Below, one piece after another: positions 47,594 to 58,202 of a DNA stretch of 64,000 nt. Where the stretch lies: the NCBI GenBank assembly GCA_022821495.1, contig JAJEDN010000118.1:33945-97944 (forward strand), read 5' to 3'. The position numbers and the translations under genes are program-made. Source of the DNA: Candidatus Poribacteria bacterium. GTDB taxonomy: Bacteria > Poribacteria > WGA-4E > WGA-3G. Position 1 is the stretch's first letter. Each line of letters begins with the position of its first letter. The notes beneath the pieces were generated by a model. It ran no database searches. It saw only the letters and a list, made by a program, of their open reading frames with translations, and was not told the origin of the DNA.

Positions 47594-50500
47594 ATGAAAA
47601 GGTTGTTTATGATCCTTACTATTCTCATAGCGTCCCTTACTTGTTCGGCAAGCCATGCCGTGACAATACCGGATGGCAATTTAGCCGCTGCTGTGCGCGA
47701 GGCTCTCGGTTTAGGCGCGACCGATCTTATTCCACAAACGGCGTTGGAAGAATTAGAGCATTTAGATGCGAAAGAAAAAAATATAAAAGACCTAACCGGA
47801 CTGGAGCAGGCAACAGGCTTAAAAATTTTAGAACTGCAAAAGAATCAAATTCAGGACATCACACCCCTCGCTAACCTGACACAACTCACAGAATTATCAA
47901 TCCATGGCAACCAAATCGGGGACATCACACCGGTCGCTAACTTGGCACAACTCACAGAATTGTCGTGTAGCGGAAATCAAATTCGAGATATAAAACCAGT
48001 TGCAAACTTGACGCAACTGACGCGTTTATATCTTGGGAATAATCCAATCGACGACCTTACGCCGCTCGCGGAATTGACGCAGCTTACAAAATTATCCATC
48101 ATGAAAAAACCAGTTAGGGACATCACACCCCTCGCGGAATTGACACAACTGGAACAGTTATACCTCATAGAAACTCAGATTAGCGACATCACACCCCTCG
48201 CCGGATTGACGAAACTGACAACATTGTGGCTTGACAACAACCCAATCAGGGACATCACGCCACTTACAGGATTGACGCAGCTTACAGAACTAACCCTTAT
48301 GGATAACGAAGTGAGCGACATAAAACCTATCGCTAACTTGACGCGGTTAGGGTGGTTGCGGCTCTGGGGCAATCAGATAGATGACATCACACCCCTCGCT
48401 GAGTTAGCACAGTTAAAGTCATTAAATGTTAGACAGAATCAAATCACGGACCTTATACCGCTTGCGGGATTGGCACAATTGACAGAACTCTACCTCGGTT
48501 CTAATCAAATCAGCGACATCACACCGCTCGCAGAATTGACACAATTAACAAGATTATCCCTTGACGATAATAAAATCAGCGACATAGCACCATTTGCGGG
48601 ATTAACACAGTTAACATCCTTATCCCTTGACGATAATAAAATCAGCGATATAAAACCGATCGCAGGACTTGCACAACTCCGGAACTTATTGCTCGCAAGA
48701 AACCAAATCACTGACATAAAACCGATTGCTGGGTTGACAGAGCTCACACAGTTATGGCTTTCAGAAAATCGAATCAGCGACATAAAACCACTTGAGAACT
48801 TGACACAACTCACAGAATTATTGATGTATAGCAATCAAATCAGTGACATTACACCGCTTGCTGGACTGACGGAGCTCAGCAGCCAGTTATGGCTTCAGAA
48901 CAACCAAATCAGTGACATAAAACCGCTTGCTGGATTAACGAAGTTGCAAGAGTTATTTCTCTGGAACAATCAGATCAGCGATATAAAACCGATTGTAGGA
49001 CTCGTGCAGCTTCGTAACTTATTTCTCAACGGAAACCAAATCACTGACATAGAACCAATGAGTGGGTTGACAGAGCTCAGACGGTTATGGCTTTCGGACA
49101 ATCAGATCACCGATATAGAACCTATCACTAACTTGACACAACTGACCGAATTATCGATGCATGATAATCCAATCAGCGACATAAAACCTATCAGTAACTT
49201 GACCGAGTTGACAAAATTAGAACTGGGTGAGCACCCAATCAGCAATCTCACGCCGCTCGCCAATTTGACACAACTCACTGAGTTAATGCTTCAAAAAATT
49301 CAGATTAGCGACATCACACCACTTACTGGATTGACACAACTGACGAAACTAACCCTTTCGGGCAATCAGATTAGTGACCTAACACCCCTGACCAGATTGA
49401 CGCAATTAACACAACTCAACCTCTCGAGTAATCGGGTTAGGGACATCAGACCCCTCGCTGATCTGCTTCAATTGATAGACTTAACCCTCGTGAGGAATCA
49501 GATCAGAAACCTCACACCGCTTACCAACTTGACACAACTCACAGAATTATGGCTCCAATATAATGAAATCAGCGACATCACACCGCTTGCCAATTTGACA
49601 CAACTCACAGAATTATGGATCCAAGACAATCAGATCGAGGATATCAGTCCTGTTGAAAATCTGACGAATTTAACGCTTTTAAATGTCAAAGGGAATCCGA
49701 TTCAGGATACGAGTCCACTCGAACGGTTGCTGAACCAACTCCCGAATTTGGCATCGGACATCCAAGCAGAACTTCCAAATACCTTCGTCCCAGATTCGAC
49801 AATATTGGACCCCAATTTAGCCAACGCAGTGCGAAAGGCACTCGATTTAGGGCGCAGCGACACCATCCCCCCAAAAAGATTGCAAGAATTAGAGCATCTT
49901 GATGCCGATAACAGCGGGATAACCGACTTAACAGGACTTGAGAAAGCTACAGGATTAAAAACTTTAGAACTTCGTGGGAATCAAATCAGCGATATTACAC
50001 CACTGACTGGATTGACAGCGTTGACGGGGTTATACCTCAATGAGAACCAAATCAGCGATCTCACGCCACTTGCTAATTTGACCCAGTTAAACGAGCTATC
50101 TCTCGTTGGAAACCAGATCAGTGACATAAAACCTATCGCTAACTTAAAACAGTTGACAGTGTTATGGCTATGGGATAATCAGATCAGTGACATCACGCCA
50201 CTCGCTAATTTGACACAATTGAGAGCGTTATGGCTTCAAGATAATCAAATCAGCAATATCAAACCACTCGGTCCGCTAACGCAGTTGACAAAGTTAAGAC
50301 TTCATAGAAACCAGATACACGACATCACACCGCTAACTGAATTGGTCTCGTTAGTAGAACTAAATCTCGGCGGAAATCTAATTAACGACATAAAACCGAT
50401 TGCTGGTTTGACGCAGTTGACAAAATTGTGGGCTTGGCGGAATCAAATTAGTGATATTACGCCACTCACCGAGTTGACCCTGTTGAGGACGTTATTGATC

Positions 50501-50818
50501 TGGGGGAATCAAATTAGTAATATCTCACCACTTGCTAAACTAACACATTTGACTGAATTGGGACTTGGGAAGAATCAAATCCAAGACATTTCACCAATCG
50601 CTGAATCCACACAGTTAAGTGTTTTGCACGTTGACCGCAACCGGATCAACGATATCAGCCAAATTGAACAGTTTACAAGCTTAACAAGTCTAAAAGTTAG
50701 CTATAATCCAATTCAGGATATGGAACCGCTCCGCAAACTTCTTCAACAGATTCCAGATTTGGAGTTGGATATACCAGCACCAGAGGAACTGAACATTTCA
50801 CTACCTACCAATAGGTGA
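47594..50818 (+). CDS. Large secreted internalin-like LRR protein with two capped LRR arrays
   Basis: Signal peptide; caps IPDGNLAAAVREAL and ILDPNLANAVRKAL; dozens of 22-aa repeats. Confidence 0.93.
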   Translation: MKRLFMILTILIASLTCSASHAVTIPDGNLAAAVREALGLGATDLIPQTALEELEHLDAKEKNIKDLTGLEQATGLKILELQKNQIQDITPLANLTQLTELSIHGNQIGDITPVANLAQLTELSCSGNQIRDIKPVANLTQLTRLYLGNNPIDDLTPLAELTQLTKLSIMKKPVRDITPLAELTQLEQLYLIETQISDITPLAGLTKLTTLWLDNNPIRDITPLTGLTQLTELTLMDNEVSDIKPIANLTRLGWLRLWGNQIDDITPLAELAQLKSLNVRQNQITDLIPLAGLAQLTELYLGSNQISDITPLAELTQLTRLSLDDNKISDIAPFAGLTQLTSLSLDDNKISDIKPIAGLAQLRNLLLARNQITDIKPIAGLTELTQLWLSENRISDIKPLENLTQLTELLMYSNQISDITPLAGLTELSSQLWLQNNQISDIKPLAGLTKLQELFLWNNQISDIKPIVGLVQLRNLFLNGNQITDIEPMSGLTELRRLWLSDNQITDIEPITNLTQLTELSMHDNPISDIKPISNLTELTKLELGEHPISNLTPLANLTQLTELMLQKIQISDITPLTGLTQLTKLTLSGNQISDLTPLTRLTQLTQLNLSSNRVRDIRPLADLLQLIDLTLVRNQIRNLTPLTNLTQLTELWLQYNEISDITPLANLTQLTELWIQDNQIEDISPVENLTNLTLLNVKGNPIQDTSPLERLLNQLPNLASDIQAELPNTFVPDSTILDPNLANAVRKALDLGRSDTIPPKRLQELEHLDADNSGITDLTGLEKATGLKTLELRGNQISDITPLTGLTALTGLYLNENQISDLTPLANLTQLNELSLVGNQISDIKPIANLKQLTVLWLWDNQISDITPLANLTQLRALWLQDNQISNIKPLGPLTQLTKLRLHRNQIHDITPLTELVSLVELNLGGNLINDIKPIAGLTQLTKLWAWRNQISDITPLTELTLLRTLLIWGNQISNISPLAKLTHLTELGLGKNQIQDISPIAESTQLSVLHVDRNRINDISQIEQFTSLTSLKVSYNPIQDMEPLRKLLQQIPDLELDIPAPEELNISLPTNR

Positions 50819-50856
50819 AACACATTAGGAATAGGTATTGCAAAAGGAGATAAGCA

Positions 50857-52335
50857 ATGGACCCAATTAAGGAATATCTGAAACTTGAGACGCGTCGCCA
50901 ATTTTTTGGGAAGTGTGCGTCAGGTCTTGGTGGTGCAGCACTCGCCACCCTGCTGCCGAACGCGATTGCTAACGCACTCGAAGGGCAAGCAGCACCGAGA
51001 TTTGGGGGTCTACCAGAGCTTCCACACTTCGCACCGAAAGCAAAACGTGCGATCTACTTGTTCATGTCCGGCGCGCCATCGCAATTGGATCTGTACGACT
51101 ACAAACCGAATATGGGGGAATGGTTCGATACGGATCTCCCAGAATCCGTCCGGATGGGGCAACGTCTCACAACGATGACCTCAGGACAGGATAAGTTCCC
51201 GATTGCGCCGTCTATCTTTGAATTCAAGAAGTACGATAACGGCGGTGATGGTGTATGGATTAGCGAACTGCTCCCACACACCGGATCGGTCGCGGAAGAT
51301 CTCGCGATTATCAAGTCGGTACACACCGAAGCGATTAACCACGATCCAGCGATTACCTTCTTCTGTACGGGTGATGAAAATCCAGGTAAACCGAGCCTTG
51401 GTGCGTGGTTAAGTTATGGACTCGGTAGTGAAAACGAAAACTTGCCTGCGTTTATCGTAATGAACGCGACTTGGAGTGGTCCAAAGGGTGCGCAGGCACT
51501 CTACAATCGCCTCTGGGGTGCGGGGTTCCTCCCATCAGAACATCAAGGTGTGCTACTTCGCAGCCAAGGCGATCCTGTCTTATTTCTTTCAAACCCGGAA
51601 GGGGTCAACGAGAAAACGCGGAAACGGATGTTAGACACCCTCGTCGAACTCAACCAGGAACTCTACGAAGAAGTCGGCGATCCAGAAACGCATGCCCGTA
51701 TCTCACAATACGAAATGGCATTCCGTATGCAGACGAGCGTCCCAGAACTCGCGGATTTATCACAGGAACCCGAACATGTCTTAGAATTGTATGGTCCCGA
51801 AGTCAAAACGCCGGGTACGTTCGCCAACTGCTGTATCCTTGCGCGTCGGATGATGGAGCGCGATGTGCGTCTGGCACAAATTTTCCATCGGGGTTGGGAT
51901 CAGCACGGACAACTGCCGACAAATATCCGCAACCAAGCACGCGATATCGATCAACCCTCAGCAGGACTTATTAAAGACTTGAAACAACGCGGCATGCTCG
52001 ATGAAACCTTAGTTGTCTGGGGCGGCGAATTTGGACGAACTGTCTACTGTCAAGGCACTCTCACGCCGGATAACTATGGGCGTGACCATCATCCGAAATG
52101 CTTTACGCGTTGGATGGCTGGCGGTGGTATCAAAGGCGGTGTAGTCCACGGCGAAACCGATGACTTTAGTTATAACATCGTCAAAGACCCCGTACACGTT
52201 CGCGATATAAACGCCACGATCCTCAAGCAACTCGGCATCGATCACGAACGGTTAACTTTCAAGTTCCAAGGGCTGGATCACCGATTAACTGGCGTTGAAG
52301 AGAAAGCCCGGATCGTCAACGAGATATTAGCCTAA
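50857..52335 (+). CDS. DUF1501 domain protein (sulfatase-like), Tat-exported
   Basis: TRRQFF; [21 protein letters not shown]; INHDPA; GWDQH; [22 protein letters not shown]; GRDHH. Confidence 0.93.
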   Translation: MDPIKEYLKLETRRQFFGKCASGLGGAALATLLPNAIANALEGQAAPRFGGLPELPHFAPKAKRAIYLFMSGAPSQLDLYDYKPNMGEWFDTDLPESVRMGQRLTTMTSGQDKFPIAPSIFEFKKYDNGGDGVWISELLPHTGSVAEDLAIIKSVHTEAINHDPAITFFCTGDENPGKPSLGAWLSYGLGSENENLPAFIVMNATWSGPKGAQALYNRLWGAGFLPSEHQGVLLRSQGDPVLFLSNPEGVNEKTRKRMLDTLVELNQELYEEVGDPETHARISQYEMAFRMQTSVPELADLSQEPEHVLELYGPEVKTPGTFANCCILARRMMERDVRLAQIFHRGWDQHGQLPTNIRNQARDIDQPSAGLIKDLKQRGMLDETLVVWGGEFGRTVYCQGTLTPDNYGRDHHPKCFTRWMAGGGIKGGVVHGETDDFSYNIVKDPVHVRDINATILKQLGIDHERLTFKFQGLDHRLTGVEEKARIVNEILA

Positions 52336-52525
52336 TACCGGTGCTATTTGGATAGTAGTCCGAACGCGTATTATTCAACTGTTTCACCGAGGTTCCTATG
52401 CTTCAATGAAACCGATAATATTAAAAAGCGTGCTTCACAGACGCGTATCTTCATAAAACGCTCAATTGTAGCCGTCTATACGTGAAACTTTCACGTCTAC
52501 AGTTTTCGAGCCGCATGGGACTAAT

Positions 52526-53686
52526 ATGCAGATTTATCATGGTACTGAACAGACGCTTGAGGCGGGCACATTCCTTTCGCTTTTGCAATCGGATTACGAA
52601 AGCGTATTTCTGACAGATTGTATAATTGACGGGCCAATCGTCTTTTCACCTGAATCCGAAGTGAATGTTGAAGGCAACTTCGCGGTTGATAAGGAAGTTG
52701 TTTGTATCCGGTGTACGTTTAAAAACCTCATCAAATTCGAGAATACCCTTTTCAAAAAAGAGGTATTTTTCGGAAATTCTGTTTTCCAAGATGCCGTTCA
52801 TCTCCGAAAGAATGTATTTCAAAGTGCTTGTGACTTCGGAGAGTCAGTGTTTGAAGGTTCAGTCCTTTTCCGTGGAACAATCTTTCAGGGAATGGCGCGG
52901 TTTTCAAAAACGCATTTTCAGCAGGCCGCAGATTTCAATGAGACCCAATTTTTGGAAAATGGGGTTTTCAGAAATGCGATTTTTCAAGACACTGTGCATT
53001 TCAAAAAGGCATCTTTTTCTAATGAATTGGACTTCGTAGAAGCCCAATTCTTAGAATCGGTGATCTTTAATGAAGCAACGTTTCTCGGGAAAACGGACTT
53101 CACTGCTGCTCGGTTCGCTGTTGCGGTATCCTATCGTCAGGTAAATTTTATCTCGGATACGATATGGCAATCATTGCTCAACAAGTTGCGCCATCAATCT
53201 GAGCAGCCAACAGAGTTCTATTTGAATAATGAAGATATTAACGGGGTCTTGAATCCTTTTTTCAAACGTTACGTGGCAGATCAGCAGTTCATCCGTGCCT
53301 TTAAAGAGAAAAACCCGTTTTGGGCATTCGTTTGGAAATGGAGTTCAGATTATGGTCGGAGTCTCGCGCTTTGGGCGTTATGGTCACTACTCATCGCGCT
53401 CTTGTTTTCATTTGTGTATATGCCGGCACCCACATGGTACGCCGAATGGCTACAAGAGACAACGCCTCAATTTCACCAGGCCATTGATACCGAAGCCGAT
53501 GAACATTTAACCTTTTGGAAATCTTTTTACTTTAGCATCGTAACCTTTACGACCCTTGGATTCGGGGATGTCGTTGCCGCCAATACCTCTGCACGTATCC
53601 TCGTTACCCTTGAAGTCATGTTCGGATATATAATGCTCGGCGGATTAATCAGTATTTTTGCTAACAAACTTGCGAGCAGGAGTTAA
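52526..53686 (+). CDS. Pentapeptide-repeat protein fused to a two-TM K+ channel pore
   Basis: Repeats of the (A/V)xFxx type; SDYGRS; FYFSIVTFTTLGFGD pore and filter; flanking TM helices. Confidence 0.88.
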   Translation: MQIYHGTEQTLEAGTFLSLLQSDYESVFLTDCIIDGPIVFSPESEVNVEGNFAVDKEVVCIRCTFKNLIKFENTLFKKEVFFGNSVFQDAVHLRKNVFQSACDFGESVFEGSVLFRGTIFQGMARFSKTHFQQAADFNETQFLENGVFRNAIFQDTVHFKKASFSNELDFVEAQFLESVIFNEATFLGKTDFTAARFAVAVSYRQVNFISDTIWQSLLNKLRHQSEQPTEFYLNNEDINGVLNPFFKRYVADQQFIRAFKEKNPFWAFVWKWSSDYGRSLALWALWSLLIALLFSFVYMPAPTWYAEWLQETTPQFHQAIDTEADEHLTFWKSFYFSIVTFTTLGFGDVVAANTSARILVTLEVMFGYIMLGGLISIFANKLASRS

Positions 53687-53692
53687 AATTCA

Positions 53693-53814
53693 TAGGATTT
53701 ACGCAAATTGCACAAATATCCAACATTCGGGCGCGAAAAGCGATAAATTCCGTTCTTTAAACCCCCTAAATCCCCCTTATCAGGGGGACTTTAAGATGGG
53801 GTGCGTAAATCCTA
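53693..53814. mobile_element. MITE-like element carrying a CCCCCTAAATCCCCC repeat
   Basis: TAGGATTTACGCA...TGCGTAAATCCTA perfect IR; internal repeat at 53760-53792. Confidence 0.7.
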
Positions 53815-53903
53815 AATTCAGTTCTATTGAACAACTTCCTAATTTGAAACTTTAGTGAACACTGCGATGCCTGGATTAATGAGCAACATCGTAAAGGAGA
53901 TCA

Positions 53904-55385
53904 ATGGTGGATCCAATCAAAGAATACCTGAAACTTGAAACGCGCCGCCAATTTTTCGGTAAATGTGCGATGGGTCTCGGTAGTGCAGCCCTCGCCTCAT
54001 TACTGCCGAACACGCTTGTAGATGCGCTTGAGCAGCAAGCGATGCCACGGACGGGTGGGTTGCCTGAACTCCCGCATTTCGCGCCGAAAGCGAAACGCGC
54101 GATCTATCTCTTCATGTCGGGCGCGCCCTCGCAGATGGATCTGTACGACTATAAACCGAAGATGGGAGAATGGTTTGATAAAGAGTTGCCTGAAACCGTG
54201 CGGATGGGGCAACGTCTCACGACGATGACTTCCGGTCAGAACCGTTTTCCAATCGCGCCTTCTATCTTTGAGTTCAAGCAGCACGATAACGGCAGCGATG
54301 GTGCCTGGCTCAGCGAGTTGCTACCGCATACGGCGACGATGGTCAAAGACATCTCGATTATTAAATCGTTACACACTGAGGCGATTAACCACGATCCGGC
54401 GATCACTTATGTTTGTACCGGCAATGAGACGCCCGGTAAACCGAGCCTCGGCGCATGGCTGAGTTATGGGTTGGGTACCGAAAACAATAACCTCCCCTCT
54501 TTTATTGTGATGAATGCTACGTGGACAGGTAGAAAGTCCGCACAAGCACTCTATAATCGGCTGTGGGGTGCGGGGTTCCTGCCGTCGGAACACCAAGGTG
54601 TGCTACTCCGTAGCCAAGGCGATCCGGTGTTATTCCTCTCCAACCCGAAAGGTATGAGTGAAAAAGCGCGGAAACAGATGTTAGATTCGCTGGTTAAACT
54701 CAACGAAGAACTCTACGAAGAAGTCGGTGATCCAGAGACACATGCCCGTATTTCACAATACGAGATGGCATTTCGGATGCAGTCCTCTGTTCCTGAACTG
54801 ACAGACTTGAAGCAGGAACCTGCTAATATTCTTGAAATGTATGGGCCTGATGTTCACACACCGGGTACATTCGCGAACTGTTGTATCCTTGCGCGTCGGA
54901 TGATGGAGCGCGATGTCCGCCTCGTCCAAATCTTCCACCGCGGTTGGGATCAGCACGGAAACCTACCCAACGACATCCGAAACCAAGCCCGGGACATTGA
55001 TCAACCTTCAACCGCGCTCGTTCAAGACCTGAAGCAACGCGGTATGCTGGACGAGACCCTTGTTATCTGGGGTGGTGAATTTGGACGTACCGTTTATTGC
55101 CAAGGTGCGCTGAAGAAAGACAACTACGGACGTGATCATCACCCGAAATGCTTCACAATGTGGATGGCTGGTGGCGGTATTAAAGGTGGCGTTGTTCATG
55201 GCGAAACCGATGACTTCAGTTACAATATCATCAAAGATCCTGTCTCTGTTCGCGATCTAAACGCTACGATCCTCAATCAACTCGGCATTGACCACGAACG
55301 GTTAACTTTTAAGTTCCAAGGACTTGATCATCGGTTAACTGGGGTTGAAGAGAAAGCACGGATCGTCAACGAGATATTGGCATAG
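53904..55385 (+). CDS. DUF1501 domain protein (close paralog of 50857-52335)
   Basis: Same motifs; near-identical termini [16 protein letters not shown] and [12 protein letters not shown]. Confidence 0.93.
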   Translation: MVDPIKEYLKLETRRQFFGKCAMGLGSAALASLLPNTLVDALEQQAMPRTGGLPELPHFAPKAKRAIYLFMSGAPSQMDLYDYKPKMGEWFDKELPETVRMGQRLTTMTSGQNRFPIAPSIFEFKQHDNGSDGAWLSELLPHTATMVKDISIIKSLHTEAINHDPAITYVCTGNETPGKPSLGAWLSYGLGTENNNLPSFIVMNATWTGRKSAQALYNRLWGAGFLPSEHQGVLLRSQGDPVLFLSNPKGMSEKARKQMLDSLVKLNEELYEEVGDPETHARISQYEMAFRMQSSVPELTDLKQEPANILEMYGPDVHTPGTFANCCILARRMMERDVRLVQIFHRGWDQHGNLPNDIRNQARDIDQPSTALVQDLKQRGMLDETLVIWGGEFGRTVYCQGALKKDNYGRDHHPKCFTMWMAGGGIKGGVVHGETDDFSYNIIKDPVSVRDLNATILNQLGIDHERLTFKFQGLDHRLTGVEEKARIVNEILA

Positions 55386-55433
55386 TGAACAGTAGACGCG
55401 CTTTGGTGAAGGTTAAAGTCTCATAAGGATCAG

Positions 55434-56603
55434 ATGAAAAAATTAAAAGCAGTTGTTATCGGTGCGGGTTGGTCGGCAGAAGGACACACAAAGGCGTTTC
55501 AACATTACGGCGTTGAAGTGTTGGCTATCTGTGCCAGAAAACCTGATATAGTGCAGAAAGTTGCATCAGGATTAGGTGTACCTGACGCTTCAACGGATTG
55601 GCGAAAGAGTCTGCTGAAACATAAACCGGATATTGTCGCTGTTACAACGCCGGCAATCTTGCGAACAGAAGTCATCGAATTGGCGGTGGAACTCAGTTGC
55701 CATATCATCAGTGAAAAACCGTTAGCACTCACTGCCTCGGAAGCCGAACATATCTACAATCTCATCAAAGACACCGAGTTAAAACACGGCTTCGCCGCAA
55801 CGCACCTATACGATCCAAGCGTCGCTTACGTGAAAGAACTATTGACGCAGCAGCACGTCATCGGTGCGTTGACAGCAGTCGATGTCGGGTACAGTCGCCG
55901 GATTTCAAGCGATACACCTTCAACAACAGTGAAGCCGTGGAATTGGATGAGTTCGTTGGCGCACGGCGGCGGTGCGTTGAACAACGGACTTACACATCGG
56001 CTCGGCATGTTAGAGCGTATGACGGGGATGAAAGTCGTCTCGGCTGTTGGTGAAGCGAAAACAACTGTCAGGGAAGCACCAGTTGTGCCAGAGATCCGGG
56101 ATTTTCGGGTATGGCGGAGCAAAGAGATTACAAGGGAAGAAGCATCGCAACTCGAATGGCGGGTGTGTGATGCAGAATGGGATTATTCGGCGTTCTTCAA
56201 ATTGAGCCTCCCAGAAATGGTTGATACTCAAAACGATATCCTTGTAACGATGCGTACGCACCCGGGTGTACCGACGCACGCGCCAACGGGCGGTTGGTAT
56301 TTCTATGGAACGCAGGGAACACTTGTCGGAAAGGGCGGACATATTTTGTCGCCACTTACAAAACACGTTGGTGAAACGTCTGAGGTGCTGCCTGTTCCGC
56401 AAAATTTAACAGATAATCTACCGCGCATCGGGGACGACATCCAAAACAAATGGGTCGCGCTCGTCCGAGATTTCCTCGCCGATATCGAAGACCGCCCCCA
56501 CGAACCCTATTTAACATTTCAAGACGGTTGGCGTTACCAAATTGCTATCGACGCGATTCGGGCAAGCGAAGGGTGGACCCAGATTCCCGGTAAAACCAAA
56601 TAG
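55434..56603 (+). CDS. Gfo/Idh/MocA family oxidoreductase
   Basis: VIGAGWS, DIVAVTTP, ISEKPL. Confidence 0.88.
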   Translation: MKKLKAVVIGAGWSAEGHTKAFQHYGVEVLAICARKPDIVQKVASGLGVPDASTDWRKSLLKHKPDIVAVTTPAILRTEVIELAVELSCHIISEKPLALTASEAEHIYNLIKDTELKHGFAATHLYDPSVAYVKELLTQQHVIGALTAVDVGYSRRISSDTPSTTVKPWNWMSSLAHGGGALNNGLTHRLGMLERMTGMKVVSAVGEAKTTVREAPVVPEIRDFRVWRSKEITREEASQLEWRVCDAEWDYSAFFKLSLPEMVDTQNDILVTMRTHPGVPTHAPTGGWYFYGTQGTLVGKGGHILSPLTKHVGETSEVLPVPQNLTDNLPRIGDDIQNKWVALVRDFLADIEDRPHEPYLTFQDGWRYQIAIDAIRASEGWTQIPGKTK

Positions 56604-56706
56604 GAAGCGCGACCGAAGATCGCTCCTACAAAAAACAGCTACCTGATTAAACCGTTGCCTCGCAAAAGTTTAGTCTCAACACCGACTTCTCACCTCATGG
56701 AACCTT

Positions 56707-58140
56707 ATGCCTAAACTGATTGTCAAAAATTTCATCAATATCCGTGAAGCGGAAATTAACATGGATAAGACTTTAGTGGTCTTTATCGGTGCAACAGCCA
56801 GTGGCAAAAGCGTTCTTGCGAAGCTGCTCTATTTCTTTCACGAATTAATTCGCGACTTTCGTCAATACATCAAACAGATTAATACTTACCCACCAGAAAA
56901 TCTGAACCCCATGTCACAAGGTCTTTCAACAGTATTCCGTGTACAAATCGCGCATAAATTTCGGGAGTTTTTTGGCAGTGTTAGCGAGCTAACACGAACC
57001 GTTGAAGATGACACCGCTACAAAGCCGTTTGAAATCACGTATCACTATAGCGCAAAAAGCGCGATCAAGTTGACATTAGATGATGAAAAGAGGCTCAATA
57101 TTGAGCTGCCCACCGTTATGGATGAAGTCGAAGAGCTCTGCCATACCTTACAAAAAAAGTTGAAAAATATTGACAAAAAACAACTATTTAGTGATGGACA
57201 GGACGTTGATCGCGCCTCAGAAACAGAAGCCGCTTCAGAGGATAAAAAGGAAATCTCTAAAACAAATGATCGGTTTTTCTTCATATTAAAGATGGCAATC
57301 GGGATAGGTGATATCACTGAGAAGTTAGCCGGTAAGTATCGCGACAGTCTTTTTATTCCAGCGGATCGGAACATCGCTGTCAACTACCCTGATGCCCTTA
57401 AAAGAATCTTTTACGGTGGCATAAAAAGCGATCTCCAAACGCGTGCCGCCACTCGTCCGCGAGCGAACCTCCATCTCGTTGCGCGCTTTTTGGAAAAGAA
57501 TGAGGAATTCCTTGATACCTTTAGCACAAAGAATTTTCATAATGTTTTCGACGAAAAGGCGGAATCGGAATCGGATAGCGTTGATAAACCGATGATGGAA
57601 TTTTTACTCAAAGAAATCTCGTGCATTTTAGATGCCGAATATGGCGTTGTAGACCAGATTTCCAAATCACGACTTTTTTTGCATCCGACAGGTGAAAACG
57701 CGGCTGCCTTGGAGAAGGCATCAACGGGACAGCAAAACATCATACGGATCCTACAAGATATGTTTATGAATATACTTTACAATGAAGTTATCTTCCGCGT
57801 GATCGAAGAACCGGAAGCGCACTTACATCCGACAGCCCAAAAACACCTCATGCATATTATCGCCCTGATGCGGAACCACATTGATAGCCAGATTGTTATA
57901 ACGACGCATAGTCCATATTTTTTGGCGGTTCTTAAAAACCTATTAACCGCTGGACAGCTGTCGAGAAAGAAAACGAAGGCTGCTGCAAAGAAAGCATCAC
58001 TCAGCCCGCAATTATGTTGGTTAAATCCTGATGAGGTGGAAGTCTACCACTTTAAAGCGGGTAGGAGTCATGCTATCGTGCAGCCGGAAGCGGAACCTGT
58101 TCTTGAAAATCCGCTTGCCGATCTTTTGGCAGAATTTTAA
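56707..58140 (+). CDS. ABC-type ATPase (AAA_15/AAA_21-like)
   Basis: VKNF, GATASGKS, ASTGQQ, IEEPEAHLHP, ITTHSP. Confidence 0.88.
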   Translation: MPKLIVKNFINIREAEINMDKTLVVFIGATASGKSVLAKLLYFFHELIRDFRQYIKQINTYPPENLNPMSQGLSTVFRVQIAHKFREFFGSVSELTRTVEDDTATKPFEITYHYSAKSAIKLTLDDEKRLNIELPTVMDEVEELCHTLQKKLKNIDKKQLFSDGQDVDRASETEAASEDKKEISKTNDRFFFILKMAIGIGDITEKLAGKYRDSLFIPADRNIAVNYPDALKRIFYGGIKSDLQTRAATRPRANLHLVARFLEKNEEFLDTFSTKNFHNVFDEKAESESDSVDKPMMEFLLKEISCILDAEYGVVDQISKSRLFLHPTGENAAALEKASTGQQNIIRILQDMFMNILYNEVIFRVIEEPEAHLHPTAQKHLMHIIALMRNHIDSQIVITTHSPYFLAVLKNLLTAGQLSRKKTKAAAKKASLSPQLCWLNPDEVEVYHFKAGRSHAIVQPEAEPVLENPLADLLAEF

Positions 58141-58202
58141 GTCGGCACCACGCGCGAAAAGGGCATCGCGCGTTAAAACAGATATCAAGGTATAAGGCAG
58201 AG

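Noticed and set aside
46187-50818. Diversity-generating retroelement acting on the LRR genes
   Set aside because: No reverse transcriptase in the window, and no template/variable repeat pair differing only at adenines was seen.
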